Assembly (NCBI GenBank): GCA_964036045.1
Contig: OZ038378.1
Span: 188,294,001 to 188,358,000, forward strand
Direction: 5' to 3'
From: Eutreptiella sp. 'Long Island Sound 2002'
Taxonomy: Eukaryota > Protista > Euglenida
DNA length: 64,000 nucleotides
A model generated the notes under the pieces. The model had not been told where the DNA came from and did not search any database. It saw only the letters and a list, made by a program, of their open reading frames with translations. Both the position numbers and the translations under genes were made by a program. Positions 1 to 11,555 of the stretch are shown piece after piece (the first letter of the stretch is position 1; each line of letters starts with the position of its first letter).

Positions 1-400
1 ATGGTGCTTACAAGGGCCGCTTACACAGTGCTGTACTTATTTTTGGTGGAAGAGGGACAAGCTCAGGGACAAGACGGACAAGTTGACGGAAGCCCAACAA
101 GAGTATAACACTAAACAGAGGGGGCAGGAGGGGGGGGTTCACTGCAACATGCACGCAGTGCCCACGGTGTGCCCACACAGTGCGCATGCAGTGCAAAAAT
201 TTGGCCATTGTTTGCCCATGAGACCACAATGGTCGACATCCTTTGAAACTGCTCCGGCAAACTGCTCGGTACCCGAGCAGCCTCAAGCCTCCACATGCAT
301 TGTCTTGCACATCTGACACACAGTATCTGGCATTGAAATGTTCTTTTGGACAAAGTGTTCTGTGTGCAAGCGGAGGCTGTGTGTGTGTGAGGGGGGCATA
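1..400 (+). pseudogene. PIF/Harbinger-like (DDE_Tnp_4-type) transposase C-terminal fragment, degraded
   Basis: Bases 1-130 read DGAYKGRLH...KLTEAQQEYN with a frameshift, matching DGAYKGRIH...TLTSRQQCYN at 11110-11200. A CSVCKRRLC Cys motif follows near 355-385. Confidence 0.55.
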
Positions 401-3400
401 TCAAGCAGGGCAGTCTACATGTCAGGTCTGCGGCGCTCTTATGCAAGTGGGATGGAAGAAGGGTTAAGGGAATGGCTGGACCATGGGGTCAGACCCGGCA
501 GATGTTGTGTCATTTGCCGCCCCCGGGGCAGCCACTCCTCGCAGTCCTGCGTTCCGGCGCAGCCTTCGTCTCTGGCATCGCAGAAGGGGCAGCTTGGATC
601 CTGCCGGAGCCCCTGCCTGTGCGCCCTTTTTCCTGCGCGCTGTCTGGAGTGTGTGGTACCCCCTCCGGCGCATGGAATGGCCTGATGCGTTCAGGGAACG
701 CACGTCGCCAGGTTGTGTGTCAACAACGGCGTTTCCCAAGCAAAACCTCAAGTGTTGGGTATTCCAACCTCCGGTACCTTTGCTGCCTTGGGGCTTATGC
801 ACCCGAGGGATGCAGAGGGGTTTGCTGGTGGTGCACGCAGGAGTCTCTGATGCTGTTGATGGACCGCTCCGTCCGTAGTCCATGAAGCCCCGCGGGTTTC
901 ATCATGCGGACGCTTGTGCCCCACCATCTGCAACAGGATCTGGTCACGCACACACGCTGAGCGTTGTGTCAGAAGGCCTGCCCCCCCCCCCCCCACGCCG
1001 GGGGACTGACTGGGGCAGCAGGCGCACGCGGTGCGTCGCCTCGCAGAAAAGGTCGTTTCCCAGCAACAGCTCTGTCCTGAAGGCCCTGTTGAGCCTTCTG
1101 CGCTATTTGGGGAGAGGGGTCGCGAGTGCGGCCAACTGTTGTCAGTGATGAGCAGGGCAACGGACGTCGATGTGGAATCCTTGTCCTGTGGCATGCAACA
1201 AGGAGGGATGGATGTATGCACGCCTGTAGTAGCCAGTTTCGAACGCGGTACGAGTGTTCGCAAAGCCAAGGGACCTAACCACTGAGCTACCCTTTTAAAT
1301 CGCCGAGTTGGGCGGCGCTCCTTCAGGTTTGGACGCTCAAGACCTCCTCCGTGTCATTCAGTGTGACAGGCTGGGAGTCGAACCCATGGCGAGATGTCTA
1401 CGATTTTACAATCAATTGTTGTCAGCCAACCGCAAAACTAGAGTTATGCAAATGACTTTAGTTTTGCCTCAGCAGTGACAGACACAGGTCATACTGACAG
1501 TGGGTGAAGGGACAGAACACCCTGGGTGATGAGGGTCCAGTACCATGCCACACCTTGCTGTGTGCCTGTCCTCAGTTGATGTTTTGTAGTGAGCTGCCAG
1601 ACAGCTTCCATTGGCCTGCACGCTGCCATTCACTGTCTAGCGCCAAAAAAATAGGCACCGGATGCCTAGGCGCAGAGCCATGAACTTTGGCTCTATCATG
1701 CTCTTCTTGAGCCGGAACAAAAACCAACTGCTGGCGGTTACCGCCCATTTGTCAGTTAAGGGGAATGCCATGCATGCAGTGCGAAGTTTTGGATGTCGGC
1801 AAATACTCGCACCCTAGCTACCTTTTGATGGTAAAACATTGATCCTGTGCTCTTGGTTTCCTATAAGAGCCAGGGGGGGGGGGGGGTCATGCAGGCGTAG
1901 TGTCCGTCGAGCCATCATCATGGCCACTTATTAAGAGGTGTTCGCATGGAGGGGCAAGGCGCTCAGCCCATGGGCTAAGCTCCGAAATATGATATCGTTC
2001 CACCACTGCCCACTGGTGTTCTCAATCTTGGCCTTCTTGTTTTGCCATTTCGAATGTGATATCGGGAATTCTTGCCCTACTCAGTGTCAGTACAGCATCC
2101 AATCGGCCTGAAAATGGTCAAGTAACCAGAACCTGCGAAATCATTTCAGTCAAGAGCGACCTTTTGTGTGGAATCCATCATGAGGCACAACTGAATTGCC
2201 GAGATCGACAAATGTGTGCATGACTGAGCTCCTCAGGGATGACGCACCTTTGTGGGAATAAGAGCCCTCTCTCTCTTCCAAGCCAAGTCAAGCCAAATGG
2301 CTTCATATGCACTTCTCGGGAGAAGATGAGACGCTGTCATTTCATCATGCTCCCAAACAAGCTGAAAGTGTTCGTTTGTCTGTACCACTATGTTTGATAA
2401 CTGCTGTTGTCCGATATCAGGCAGTCCCAGGGCTGCGTAGATCGGAGGGGGTGGCTTGTACCAGCCTTGTTTCTAACTGTAAATGGTGAGACAGTCAAAA
2501 GTGTACGCCAATGGTTTGATTGTGGCTCACTTGTTTTGCAGAGGGGGTGAATCATTGCGTATGGTGGTGGTATGTATTGGGCTGCCCGACCACAAACTGC
2601 TGGGTGGCCAGCACACCAACCACACAAAGCCCGGCATCAACAGCACTGAGCGGCCACAGGCTGTGTCCCCGCCTTTGACTGCAACACCGGTATTCAATGG
2701 GGTCAATAAAGTGCCCATTTTCTTCCAGAAGCAAAGCATGATTGGCACTTCCTGTGCTTCGGGATTTCTTGTGTTTGTTGCTGCCTGACACCGTTGCTGG
2801 GACAATGGCATGCAGGAAGTGATGTCCGTCAGCGTGTTGCAGAGCCACAGTGCATCCGTCAAACCCATCATTCGGTCCTCACTACGGCTGTACTGCGCTT
2901 CAGATATCCTCGTTATTACTTGCTGGAGCACATGTCGTACACATGCGCCACTCATGAGGCAGTCTGCTTACGGTGATACATGGTCCTTGCCATCGACTGT
3001 GCAAGCCGTAAAGACTCCATATAGATAAGGCAGCTAGTCCCTAGCTGCAGTCCTGGGACTCTTTTCATGCGGTAGTGAAACGGGGCCTTTTCCTAGTAAA
3101 AAGGTCCAAAAGGTGCGTATGGTGCAGTTAGTCCCCCTTGCATGGACAGTCTGAGGGAAAGCAGGTTCATGGTGTGCCAGGAACACAACCGCCACCACTG
3201 GCACCAAAAGTCACATCCCATTCTGCCAAGCCATTTTGGAGTTGCAACAGTAAATCAGGAAGTTCCGAAATTCCGGCGGCATTGCTGACTGCACCAAAGT
3301 AGTGAGGTCCATATTGTTATTTGTGTACGCACACATGCGAGCGCGTGTGTGCTGCCTCTTTGGCAACCCTACTGCGTAACCCACAGGTCCTAGGTTTATT

Positions 3401-3981
3401 TGGTTCGTCCATTCCTCCAGGGGGCGTTGCCCGGCGTTGCTTCATTTTTCATTCGCTGTATACTTTGTGTTCTATAAGCTGAAAGGGGGTGGGGCTGATG
3501 CTCAGCCCCCTGTCCCCCTGCTGCCTTTCACCCCTTGTCATTCCCCTGGAGGGGGGGGGGGTTTTGCAGGGACCATCATATTTTTTGATATACTATGTGT
3601 TGTCCGATTGTGTACAAGGGATGTCCGCGGGCCGATGCCCATGCCTCCCTTAGCCCAAGAACTGCTTGTCCAAACAACTGTTGTTTTTCGCAAGTTTTTG
3701 GAACCAAGAATTGGCAGTTCTTTGTTTTCGTTCCGGTGCATAGCCATTGATGTTGTTTTGTATGATTTGCAGGTGATTTGGGTGGCGCGTTGTATTTGAC
3801 CAGGGAAATGATGGATGATTCATGCGTTCCGGCCCCACAGGTTGCCCCATGGCTTGGCATGTCCACACATCACAGGGCGTTGTTTTCGAACCTGGCCCTT
3901 GTACCGTTGGTTGGACATGGGGGTGGGGGATGGGATCGACTCCAATGTGTGCTGCATCAGATCTCTCCAATGGCACTGTTG

Positions 3982-4005
3982 TGTGTGTGTGTGTGTGTGT
4001 GTGTG
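3982..4005. repeat. (GT)n microsatellite
   Basis: Directly visible GT dinucleotide run. Confidence 0.95.
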
Positions 4006-4101
4006 CACCAACTGCGTTGCGATCCCGCTAACCCTGCTTTCACCTGTTACACCGCCTGCAGAGAGCCAGCAAGAGGCATTTCTGGCAGAGCATTTGTCTC
4101 A

Positions 4102-4833
4102 GGGGGAACGTTAGTACGCCAGGCGCGCACCGTGCATCTTTTTAAGCCGAAATGCCCCCGACCAACACTATACTAAGCAACCAAGAGCTATGCATCTTGA
4201 TTTGTGCTCTGGATATCCGAGGAGGCAGGGATATGTAGCCACGTGGATTCCTCTCCGCTTTGTGGAAATCATGACAGCGCTGGTTACGTCACCACTTTTG
4301 TTTGCGTCTGCTCATCCTTCTGGTGCTATTGAGGTCAACTGGCCCATGTTATTACACTCCACGTGGGAGACACTGAGGAAGCAGAGGTTTTGTAGCCCAA
4401 TTCAGTTTCAGTTTTGGCTTCAGGTCTGGCACCCCCACTACGGATCATGGGAACACATCCCCCCTCATGTCTGGACTATTGTTGATGCAAGCAACTCAAC
4501 TGCCACGCAGGATGACAGAGTGGATGAGGTTGACGTTTGTGCATTGTGCTCCCAGAAGCACACCACCACAGTTTGTGGCGAATGTAACGGCGCGCTAGTT
4601 TTGTACCAAGTATCCCGACTTTACGCTACCCTAGAGAAGCCCCCCAAGCAGACCAGAATCAACCCCAACCCTTCCTACGGAGCACACAAAATGAAACCAA
4701 AGCTGTGAACCCCACTTCCTCAACACATGTGACATGTACAGATGTTTTGTGCCAAATAGACAGTGCTGTGCCCACAAATGTGTGGGTCAGCACAAAAACT
4801 TTCATCGGGCACGCACCGAGCAAACACTCCCCC
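4102..4833 (+). mobile_element. Non-autonomous TIR element E1 (732 bp), GGGGG-terminal family, PIF/Harbinger-like
   Basis: Left TIR GGGGGAACGTT vs reverse complement of right end GGGGGAGTGTT (9/11). TSD TCA at 4099-4101 and 4834-4836. Direct subterminal repeat GGCGCGCACCGTGCA / GGCACGCACCGAGCA. Confidence 0.85.
4190..4620 (+). pseudogene. Transposase fragments plus Cys-rich finger inside E1
   Basis: HPHYGSWEHIPPHVWTIVDAS is homologous to HTPYGP..WEHIPPH at ~10465-10515. DEVDVCALC...CGEC is homologous to DEAEVCVLC...DECKEHYC at ~11275-11370. Confidence 0.5.
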
Positions 4834-5319
4834 TCAAGGCAGGCTGTGCTGGCCTCAACCCGGTATGACCCAAAGTCAGTGCAGGCAAGACCTTCACCTG
4901 TGCACCACACGATGGTGTACAGTATGATTTCGCCCCGGGGTGATGACGACATTGCAGGCAGCCATGGCCCAGCAACAAAGGAACCAACCTGATGCTGCAG
5001 AGCGGCAGCTTCTTGCTCTGTCGGCATTAAGGGTGGCTTCTCTCATGCAATCGTGATTGGGAGAGCACGAGAGTGGCTGAAAGCCCAATGGCCCAAGGGT
5101 TCCTGAATATGCTCTGCTTCATGTGTGTGCCCTTCCTAAACAAACACACTTACCCGCCCCCTCCCCCTGCGCAACCTACATTGGAACTGCTGAGGCGATG
5201 AAGGCCGTGGAAGGCAGGCGCGGCTGAAGCTAAATGGCAAGTCCACACCTGACCTTTTTGACGCCCCCTGCGCAAGCACTGCCGTGTCCAAGCACGAGAG
5301 CCCGTCTGACCGTTGAATT

Positions 5320-5480
5320 TTTGATCGCGCTCCATTGGGGCAACCTTAATTTGTGATTGCTCCCCATTGGGGCCACCGGGATTTGGGATTGCCCCCATTG
5401 GGGCCACCAGAATTTATGATCGCCTGCCATTGGGGTGACCTGAACCTGTGATTGCCCCCCATTGGGGCGACCCGAATTCT
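5320..5480. repeat. Degenerate ~31-bp tandem repeat (core CCCCATTGGGGC), ~5 copies
   Basis: Repeated ccattgggg cores at ~31-bp spacing. Confidence 0.8.
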
Positions 5481-8025
5481 TGATGTTTTCCTGACCGCTC
5501 CTTTTGCTGCTAGCCAGCAACACGGAGATCAGAAGTATATTTCTTTCCATGTTACCTGACATGGAGAACTTTGCTTTCAGGTCACAATCTGAGTGCACAT
5601 GACACATTTACACTGTGTCCCCAAGCTTGATTGTTACCTCTGTCCCTCACACAGGCGCACCGCATGAAACACAACAACGACAACACCCATGCAATGGTTC
5701 CGGACTGGTACAAAAATTTTGCATCAAATGTTGTGTACACGTGTATCTTGGAAAACTGAAGTTTAGCAACAAATAAATGGACCATGGCAGTACAGAGTTG
5801 GGACATTGTGTATGTCAAGAGTGCGGGGGTCAAGGGGGTGTACAACCCCCCACCGATTTTGCATGGGCTGGGTCACCATGGTCAGATGTAGTAGGTTGGA
5901 CCGGTGCTGCAACCTGCTCAACAACACACGCATGCACGAGCGGCGGCGGCTTTGTTACTTTTTCGTTGTGGTGGCCTTCGCCAAAACAAAGAAAAGGACC
6001 GCTTTGTGGTGCAGGACTAGCTTTTTGGTGCAGGAGTAACGCCCTGCCACGGTCCAAGGAGTCGCTCGATGAACATTACACGTGCATGCCGTTGGCGATG
6101 TTGTTGCCCCTCAACAGCCTGCTGCCACCAGCCCTCGTTCTCCTACTGCCGCACACCACCACCACCCCGGTTGCACCGCCGGAGGCGCCACCACAGCCGT
6201 ACTGCTGCACGTGTACCTGGCCAGTCACAACCGATGGCGTTGTTTGCACGCGGTCCCGGTCATGGTGTGGAGTGGGGCCGTGCAGGCACCGGCCCGCCAA
6301 GGGGGGGGGGTCTGAAAAGTAAAACGTGGGTTGGGTTTTTCAAAAACCCCCCTTTTTTTGGACCCCCTGAGTAATTGGGAAATGGGGGGGGTTTCGGTTT
6401 TACCTATTGTTTGCTTTGTGGCCCCCACTGCCTTGAGGTAGAGTTGCCCCAATAGGTGGAACACATTGAATGCTTGTTGAGTCTGTAGTAAAACGTAGTA
6501 AAACTTTTTTCTTCAAAAAGATTTTTCCACTAGGTAAATTTACCTAGTAAAAAAGAAGAAAAAATTTCCCCTTTCCTAGGACGCCAACTACCCCTCTCCC
6601 CCCTCCCCCCTAGCGCTTGGGGGTACGACCGTGAGATGGGCCGCTACCACTGGCATGTGCTGGGGTTCTACAACAAAATGGGCACACCAGTGGCTACTTG
6701 GCTGAGGACCTTAATGGAGTCTCTCAACCATGCTCCAATAATGGCAGCACCTCCACGGGGGGCGTTCAGACTTAAATCTTGACATCAACCCCCCCCCCCC
6801 GGCTTGTGCAAACCCCCCCTTCCTTAAACTTCTGGGCCCTGTTGAGTGGGGGTAGGGGTACAGGGTCCTTGGGGGGGTTGGGGAGTCCAATGGGGGGATC
6901 CCGGGTACGCCGACATATATACCTCAAAATGATCCGCTCGTTGCACTCATCATTTTGAACACGAATATGTGGAGTTTTTGAAAAAAAATTTCTCCTCGGG
7001 CCCCAATAGCCACATTTGGCTAGGGGGCTGGGGGGAGGTCAGGGTTGATAACTTTTTCTTGTTATGCATGCATATTTGAATTCTCCATAAAATTCTGAGC
7101 ATTTTGAGCATACACATAGAGGGTGAAGTCAATTTTTAACCCCCCCCCCCACCCGTATGCCAAAAAAAGGATTTCTAGTGGCAGGTTTGGGCCAAATGTG
7201 GTCCAGACCTACTCAACACTTTGGACCTCCCGGGGGGGGGGGGGGGTTGAAGATCCGAGTCTGAACGCCCCCCATGAACACCTCCCAAATTCAGTGGAAA
7301 TCCGGTGTGGAGCAAGAAAGTGTGGTGGGAGGTTCATTTGATCTAGTGCATTCAATGGAGTACCAAACCAGGGATCCCTTGGTGATGTCTAGTAGCACTA
7401 GGTAAGCTCCATCACGCCCATGGACTGTGTTTTGCATGTTAGGTACGCCCCATCACGCTCTTGCTCCGTTGACAGGTTATGGCTACACCCTGCGTTATGC
7501 ATGTGCTTTGTCCGTTTTTGCCAGCTTTGTTGTCAGGTACACGCAAGCCGATTAAAAGTGGGGTTAGGGCCGGGGGCCAAATCCAATTTACGCTGTAAAT
7601 TACGTAAATTTTTGTAAATTGCGCAAAAAGTGGCGTGAATTTCTGTAAATTTTTGTAAATTCGGTGTAAATTCGGGAACCCATGTCTTTTGCATGCTACT
7701 AGATGTTGGGAAATATCATAAACACCCCCCCACATTGCCCACATGTGATGTATATTTTTGTTTTTACCATGTTTGTACCATGTTGCTGTTGCCTACTTGG
7801 TACATTGCAGCATGAACTACTACTGAGCGCCAGATTTCGCAAGACGAGGCGCTATACAAATGTCGTTTGTTGCGAGGTGCTTTCAGCGCGGATTAGCAAG
7901 ACGGGGCGCTATACAAATGGTTTGTTGCTACCTGAAGATCTTGCATTCGGAGCAAAACCCCGGCCCGAGTGTAGCGCCAATTTCTTTCTGGGGCGAACAC
8001 ATTCGTTCAAACTTTCTTTCTCCTT

Positions 8026-8425
8026 CCCACGCTTTGTTGCGTGGCCCCTCGAGTTGGGGTTAGGGACTCAAAATCCACGCTTTGCTGTGTGGCCCCTCGA
8101 GTTGGGGTTAGGGACTCACAATCCACGCTTTGTTGCGTGGCCCCTCGAGTTGGGGTTAGGGACTCACAATCCACGCTTTGTTGCGTGGCCCCTCGAGTTG
8201 GGGTTAGGGACTCACAATCCACGCTTCGGTGTGGCCCCCCCAGTTGGGGTTAGGGACTCTCAATCCACGCTTTGTTGCGTGGCCCCTCGAGTTGGGGTTA
8301 GGGACTCACAATCCACGCTTTGTTGCATGGCCCCTCGAGTTGGGGTCAGGGACTCTCAATCCACGCTTTGTTGCGTGGCCCCTCGAGTTGGGGTTAGGGA
8401 CTCACAATCCACGCTTCGGTGTGGC
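8026..8425 (+). repeat. 48-bp tandem repeat, ~8 copies, each containing GGGGTTAGGG
   Basis: Unit GTGGCCCCTCGAGTTGGGGTTAGGGACTCACAATCCACGCTTTGTTGC starts at 8041, 8089, 8137, 8185 and onward. Confidence 0.95.
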
Positions 8426-8564
8426 AAGCTTAGGGCCGACAGGGTAATGGGGTTATGGGTGTATGGGGTCCAGTCCACGCTTTTGGGAATTCCTCATAGC
8501 CACTAGGTTGAATCAAGTATGGGGTTACGTTCAATGTTCTCTGCCGCCTTAGCTTTCTCATGTA

Positions 8565-8900
8565 ATGTGGGCGCGGAAGCAAGACCCGGCTGCAGAGTGG
8601 CAAGAGTTTGCTACCCCTGCTGCTGCTCTCCGCCATGTAGGCACTACAGATGGGACTGGCAATGTGACTATGCGGCAGGCGGACGAGCGGAGCATCCCCC
8701 CAACAGGTATTTTCTGCTGCCCTGCCACCCTGCCTGCCTGCAAGTGCCTCACTTCCCCCCTGCCAGGTTAATGTTTCCTCTTGTTTGCCCTGTTTGCAGG
8801 CCATCCAGAGGATCGTCTTGACCCTGCACAGGGTCTGGAAGCGTGGATCGAGGAGGATCCGGAGGCCCTCGAGTCATGGCTGCGGGGCATCAAACAGTGA
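8565..8900 (+). CDS. Putative two-exon mini-gene (80 aa, unknown function) inside the hAT element
   Basis: Exon 8565-8706, GT-AG intron 8707-8799 (donor AG|GTATTT, pyrimidine-rich TTTGCAG acceptor), exon 8800-8900. Splicing removes an in-frame TAA and gives MWARKQDPAAEWQEF...PPTGHPEDRLDPAQGLEAWIEEDPEALESWLRGIKQ*. Confidence 0.4.
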
Positions 8901-9869
8901 TGCCATGCAGCTAGCAACATAGGATTTCTGTGGCGTTGTGTTGTGTCGTTCTCACTTGTCTTGTTCTGACCTGTTTCCTGTACTGCCTGCTTTTTACCTC
9001 CTGACTGTAACCTTTCCATGTATCCTCTGACCCTCCCACCCACATCGCGAAACTAATGTACGTACCCCACCCCAACCACCCTCCCCCCCTCTCCCTTGAT
9101 GAATGTGCCGCTCTTTTTGCAGTTTGCTGTGCAGTTTTTTGCAGTATTTTTCTGTCCTTGTGACAGCACAATTTTTGGACCACAACCTGGGTCCATGGTA
9201 CATTTTCCCAGCCCACGATACCCCCTCCACCCCCGGCAGTGCTTGGGCAAACCCACCTAAAAAAAAAACCCAGCCTGCCGGTCTATATAAGTATGTACAC
9301 ACAAACAATTTTTTAATCCAAACACGAAACCAATCATACAAACGGTGGGAAAACGCCACTTGGGGTCACAATGCCCAAGCAACCAATGTTCAAAACACCA
9401 TATTACAGTGTTTTGAGTTTTTGTAATTGGTTGAGCTGTTGAGTGACACCGTCCGTTTTTTAAATTTACACTATTTTTACAGAAGTTTACGCCACTTTTG
9501 GGAAAATTTACAACAATTTACACCATGTGGGGGCCGGGGGCCAAAACCACTGTAAACCCCCGTAAATAATCGGCTTGGGTACACGGAGGTTCTCATGAGT
9601 TGTATTGCAGGTCCTATTGTGTTCATATCAAGTTGTATCTTAGCGACTAGATGTAGCATAGCAGTTTGATTGCTTGATGACACTTGGGACATTGGCTGGG
9701 ATTGCCTGGGCGGGGGCATCCAGTATCTGTTACCGACCATGATTGAGCCTTGGGGGTGTTGTGCACCTTAAATGCTCAATGGCAGTCTTGTGTTCTGGCA
9801 CATACTTTTATTGTTATTTGTTGTTATTAGTCTTGCCGCATATTATTATTGTCATGCGGACAGAGTGGG

Positions 9870-10620
9870 TTGAGACACGACTAGGCATTGGCTCCCAATA
9901 CAACGGGCATCTTTTTCGGCCAAAGCCTCACCGGCCAACACTATACCAAGCGCTATCCAAGACGTGCCCACCCTAGGGACCCCGAGAAGGTGTCGGTCAT
10001 GTAGCCATTTTGATTCCTCTCTAGTTTGGAGACGTCAAGAAGGCATGGAGAAGGACACACGCAAGGAAGGCAAGTGCATGCACGGGTGGGTATCCATAGG
10101 TCCTAGCACTGTGAGGGCACGCTATGACCAAGAGTATAAGACATATCAGTGTGCACAAGATGATAGAGTATAGTTAGCACATGTGTTTGCCTATCATATG
10201 TTTCCCTATTAATGTATCATGTTAGCAGTGTTCCTGGTCTTTGTCTTCAGTTTGAAGGCATGGCCGTGGCCGGGCGGCATACTTTGTAGTTTTGGCGGGA
10301 GAAAGCAGTGTCCCCTCTCTTTGCGAGGGGTAGGCCTGCTTTAAAGATACTATATGAACCGGGTGGAGCACCCGCGGTGTAGCATAGCACCCGTGAACTC
10401 ACCTTCGCAGCTTCCGGACTATGTTTACTAAGAAAAAAAAACAATAGTTATTGGAAGCAGGCCCGTCACACACCTTATGGACCATGGACCATGGGAACAC
10501 ATCCCTCCTCATGCTTGAGAGGTTACCAATGCAAGCAACACATAGGGCGTTTTCGCACAGCATGCGCAAGTCGCCAATTATTATGTTGTTTATCCTGGGA
10601 ACACGCCTGAAAACCACCGA
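9870..10620 (+). pseudogene. Scattered fragments of the same Harbinger-like transposase family
   Basis: GHLFRPKPHRPTLY (~9905-9945) matches VHLFKPKCPRPTLY (4130-4175). WEHIPPH at ~10490 matches 4447. Confidence 0.4.
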
Positions 10621-10957
10621 CCTATAGAAGCATGCATGATCAAGTCAAAACAGCATGGGTTGCAGAGTTCAGGACCCTGGGACCGGTGGCAAGCATTTGA
10701 CTTGAAAAAAGAATCCCTGTTGTATTAGCAAGGGCTGTAGGGTGCAGAATTCAGGACCCTGGGATCCGTGGCTACCGGTGGGAAAAACAGCGGAATTTTC
10801 GCACAAGAAAATCGAGGAGGTGATGTTCAGGTTTGCACACTGTGCTGCTAGAAGCACACCACCAGACTTTGTGGTGAATATTTTGTTCTTGGACCCTTCC
10901 GGCGCGTATGGGGGAACGTTAGCGCGCCGGGCGCGCGCCGGGCATCTTTTGTGACCC

Positions 10958-11269
10958 GTGCCCTACCGGTGGACTGTTGCCGTTGATATGTTGGGCCCCA
11001 TTATATGGATTTGCCCCTTGGCCCCCGGGACATCAGCAGATGTTTTGATTTTGGATGGGTATGGACCTTCTCGTACCCGAGGTGATTTCTTTGATTTCGA
11101 AGTTGGGGGCCATGATGGTGCTTATAAGGGCCGGATTCATGTCATTGTGCCATTCATTGGAAGAAAGAATGGCACTTTGACATCCCGCCAACAATGTTAC
11201 AATGGCGTGCACGGGTGGTATAGGGCACGCATTGAGCAGCTGTTTGCTCGGTTGTGGCACGCAAGATGA
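10958..11269 (+). pseudogene. DDE_Tnp_4 (PIF/Harbinger/IS5-clan) transposase catalytic C-terminal half
   Basis: VAVDMLGPIIWI..APGTSAD ... DGAY.G ...P ... LTSRQQCYN..HGWYRARIEQLFARL follows the D...D..Y...N..H...R..IE..F..L pattern of this family. Confidence 0.7.
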
Positions 11270-11389
11270 GGCAGAGGATGAGGCAGAAGTGTGTGTGTTG
11301 TGTTGCCAGATCGCTCCACCGTCGCAGTTGGTGATGAGTGTAAGGAGCACTATTGTACTGAATGTATTGACACCCACACTTGTGGGACC

Positions 11390-11555
11390 AATGTTATGAT
11401 GCAGCTCTACTGTTCGCGATACCTCAATAACGCCTATCGCTTCTACTGGAGATCGATACGGTTGTGCTATCCTAACCCCCCATTCTCCCAACTTGCTAAG
11501 GTGTTGACCAAGATCGCCCTTAAAGGAGCGAGAGTGGTACTGTGTACCCCAGTTT
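11390..11555 (+). pseudogene. DIRS-type DNA N6-adenine methyltransferase (NPPF) domain fragment
   Basis: YPNPPFSQLAKVLTKIALKGARVVLCTP resembles the YANPPF...VL.KI...GA.V.L..P motif of the MT domain in DIRS1-group tyrosine-recombinase retrotransposons. Confidence 0.65.

Larger units (their letters stand above)
7544..9577. mobile_element. Non-autonomous hAT-type DNA transposon (2034 bp)
   Basis: Perfect 11-bp TIR CAAGCCGATTA (7544) / TAATCGGCTTG (ends 9577). Perfect 8-bp TSD GGTACACG at 7536-7543 and 9578-9585. AT-rich GTAAATT subterminal repeats are inverted at the two ends. An 8-bp TSD with CA-starting TIR is the established hAT signature. Confidence 0.9.

Noticed and set aside
1365-1445. 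tRNA-Tyr-like gene on the minus strand
   Set aside because: A B box (GGTTCGACTCC) is present, but the A box and cloverleaf are not supportable.
3420-3545. Seventh GGGGG-family element starting GGGGGCGTTGCCCGG
   Set aside because: No right end with a matching 3-bp TSD was found (candidates at ~3545 and ~5161 fail). It is possibly a solo left end.
8026-8425. CRISPR-like array
   Set aside because: The units are contiguous near-identical tandem copies with no unique spacers, there are no cas genes, and the context is eukaryotic. The same applies to 45950-46229.
9995-10015. Dinoflagellate spliced-leader relic (GTAGCCATTTTG)
   Set aside because: Only a 12-nt match, expected by chance. No euglenid or kinetoplastid SL sequence was noticed either.
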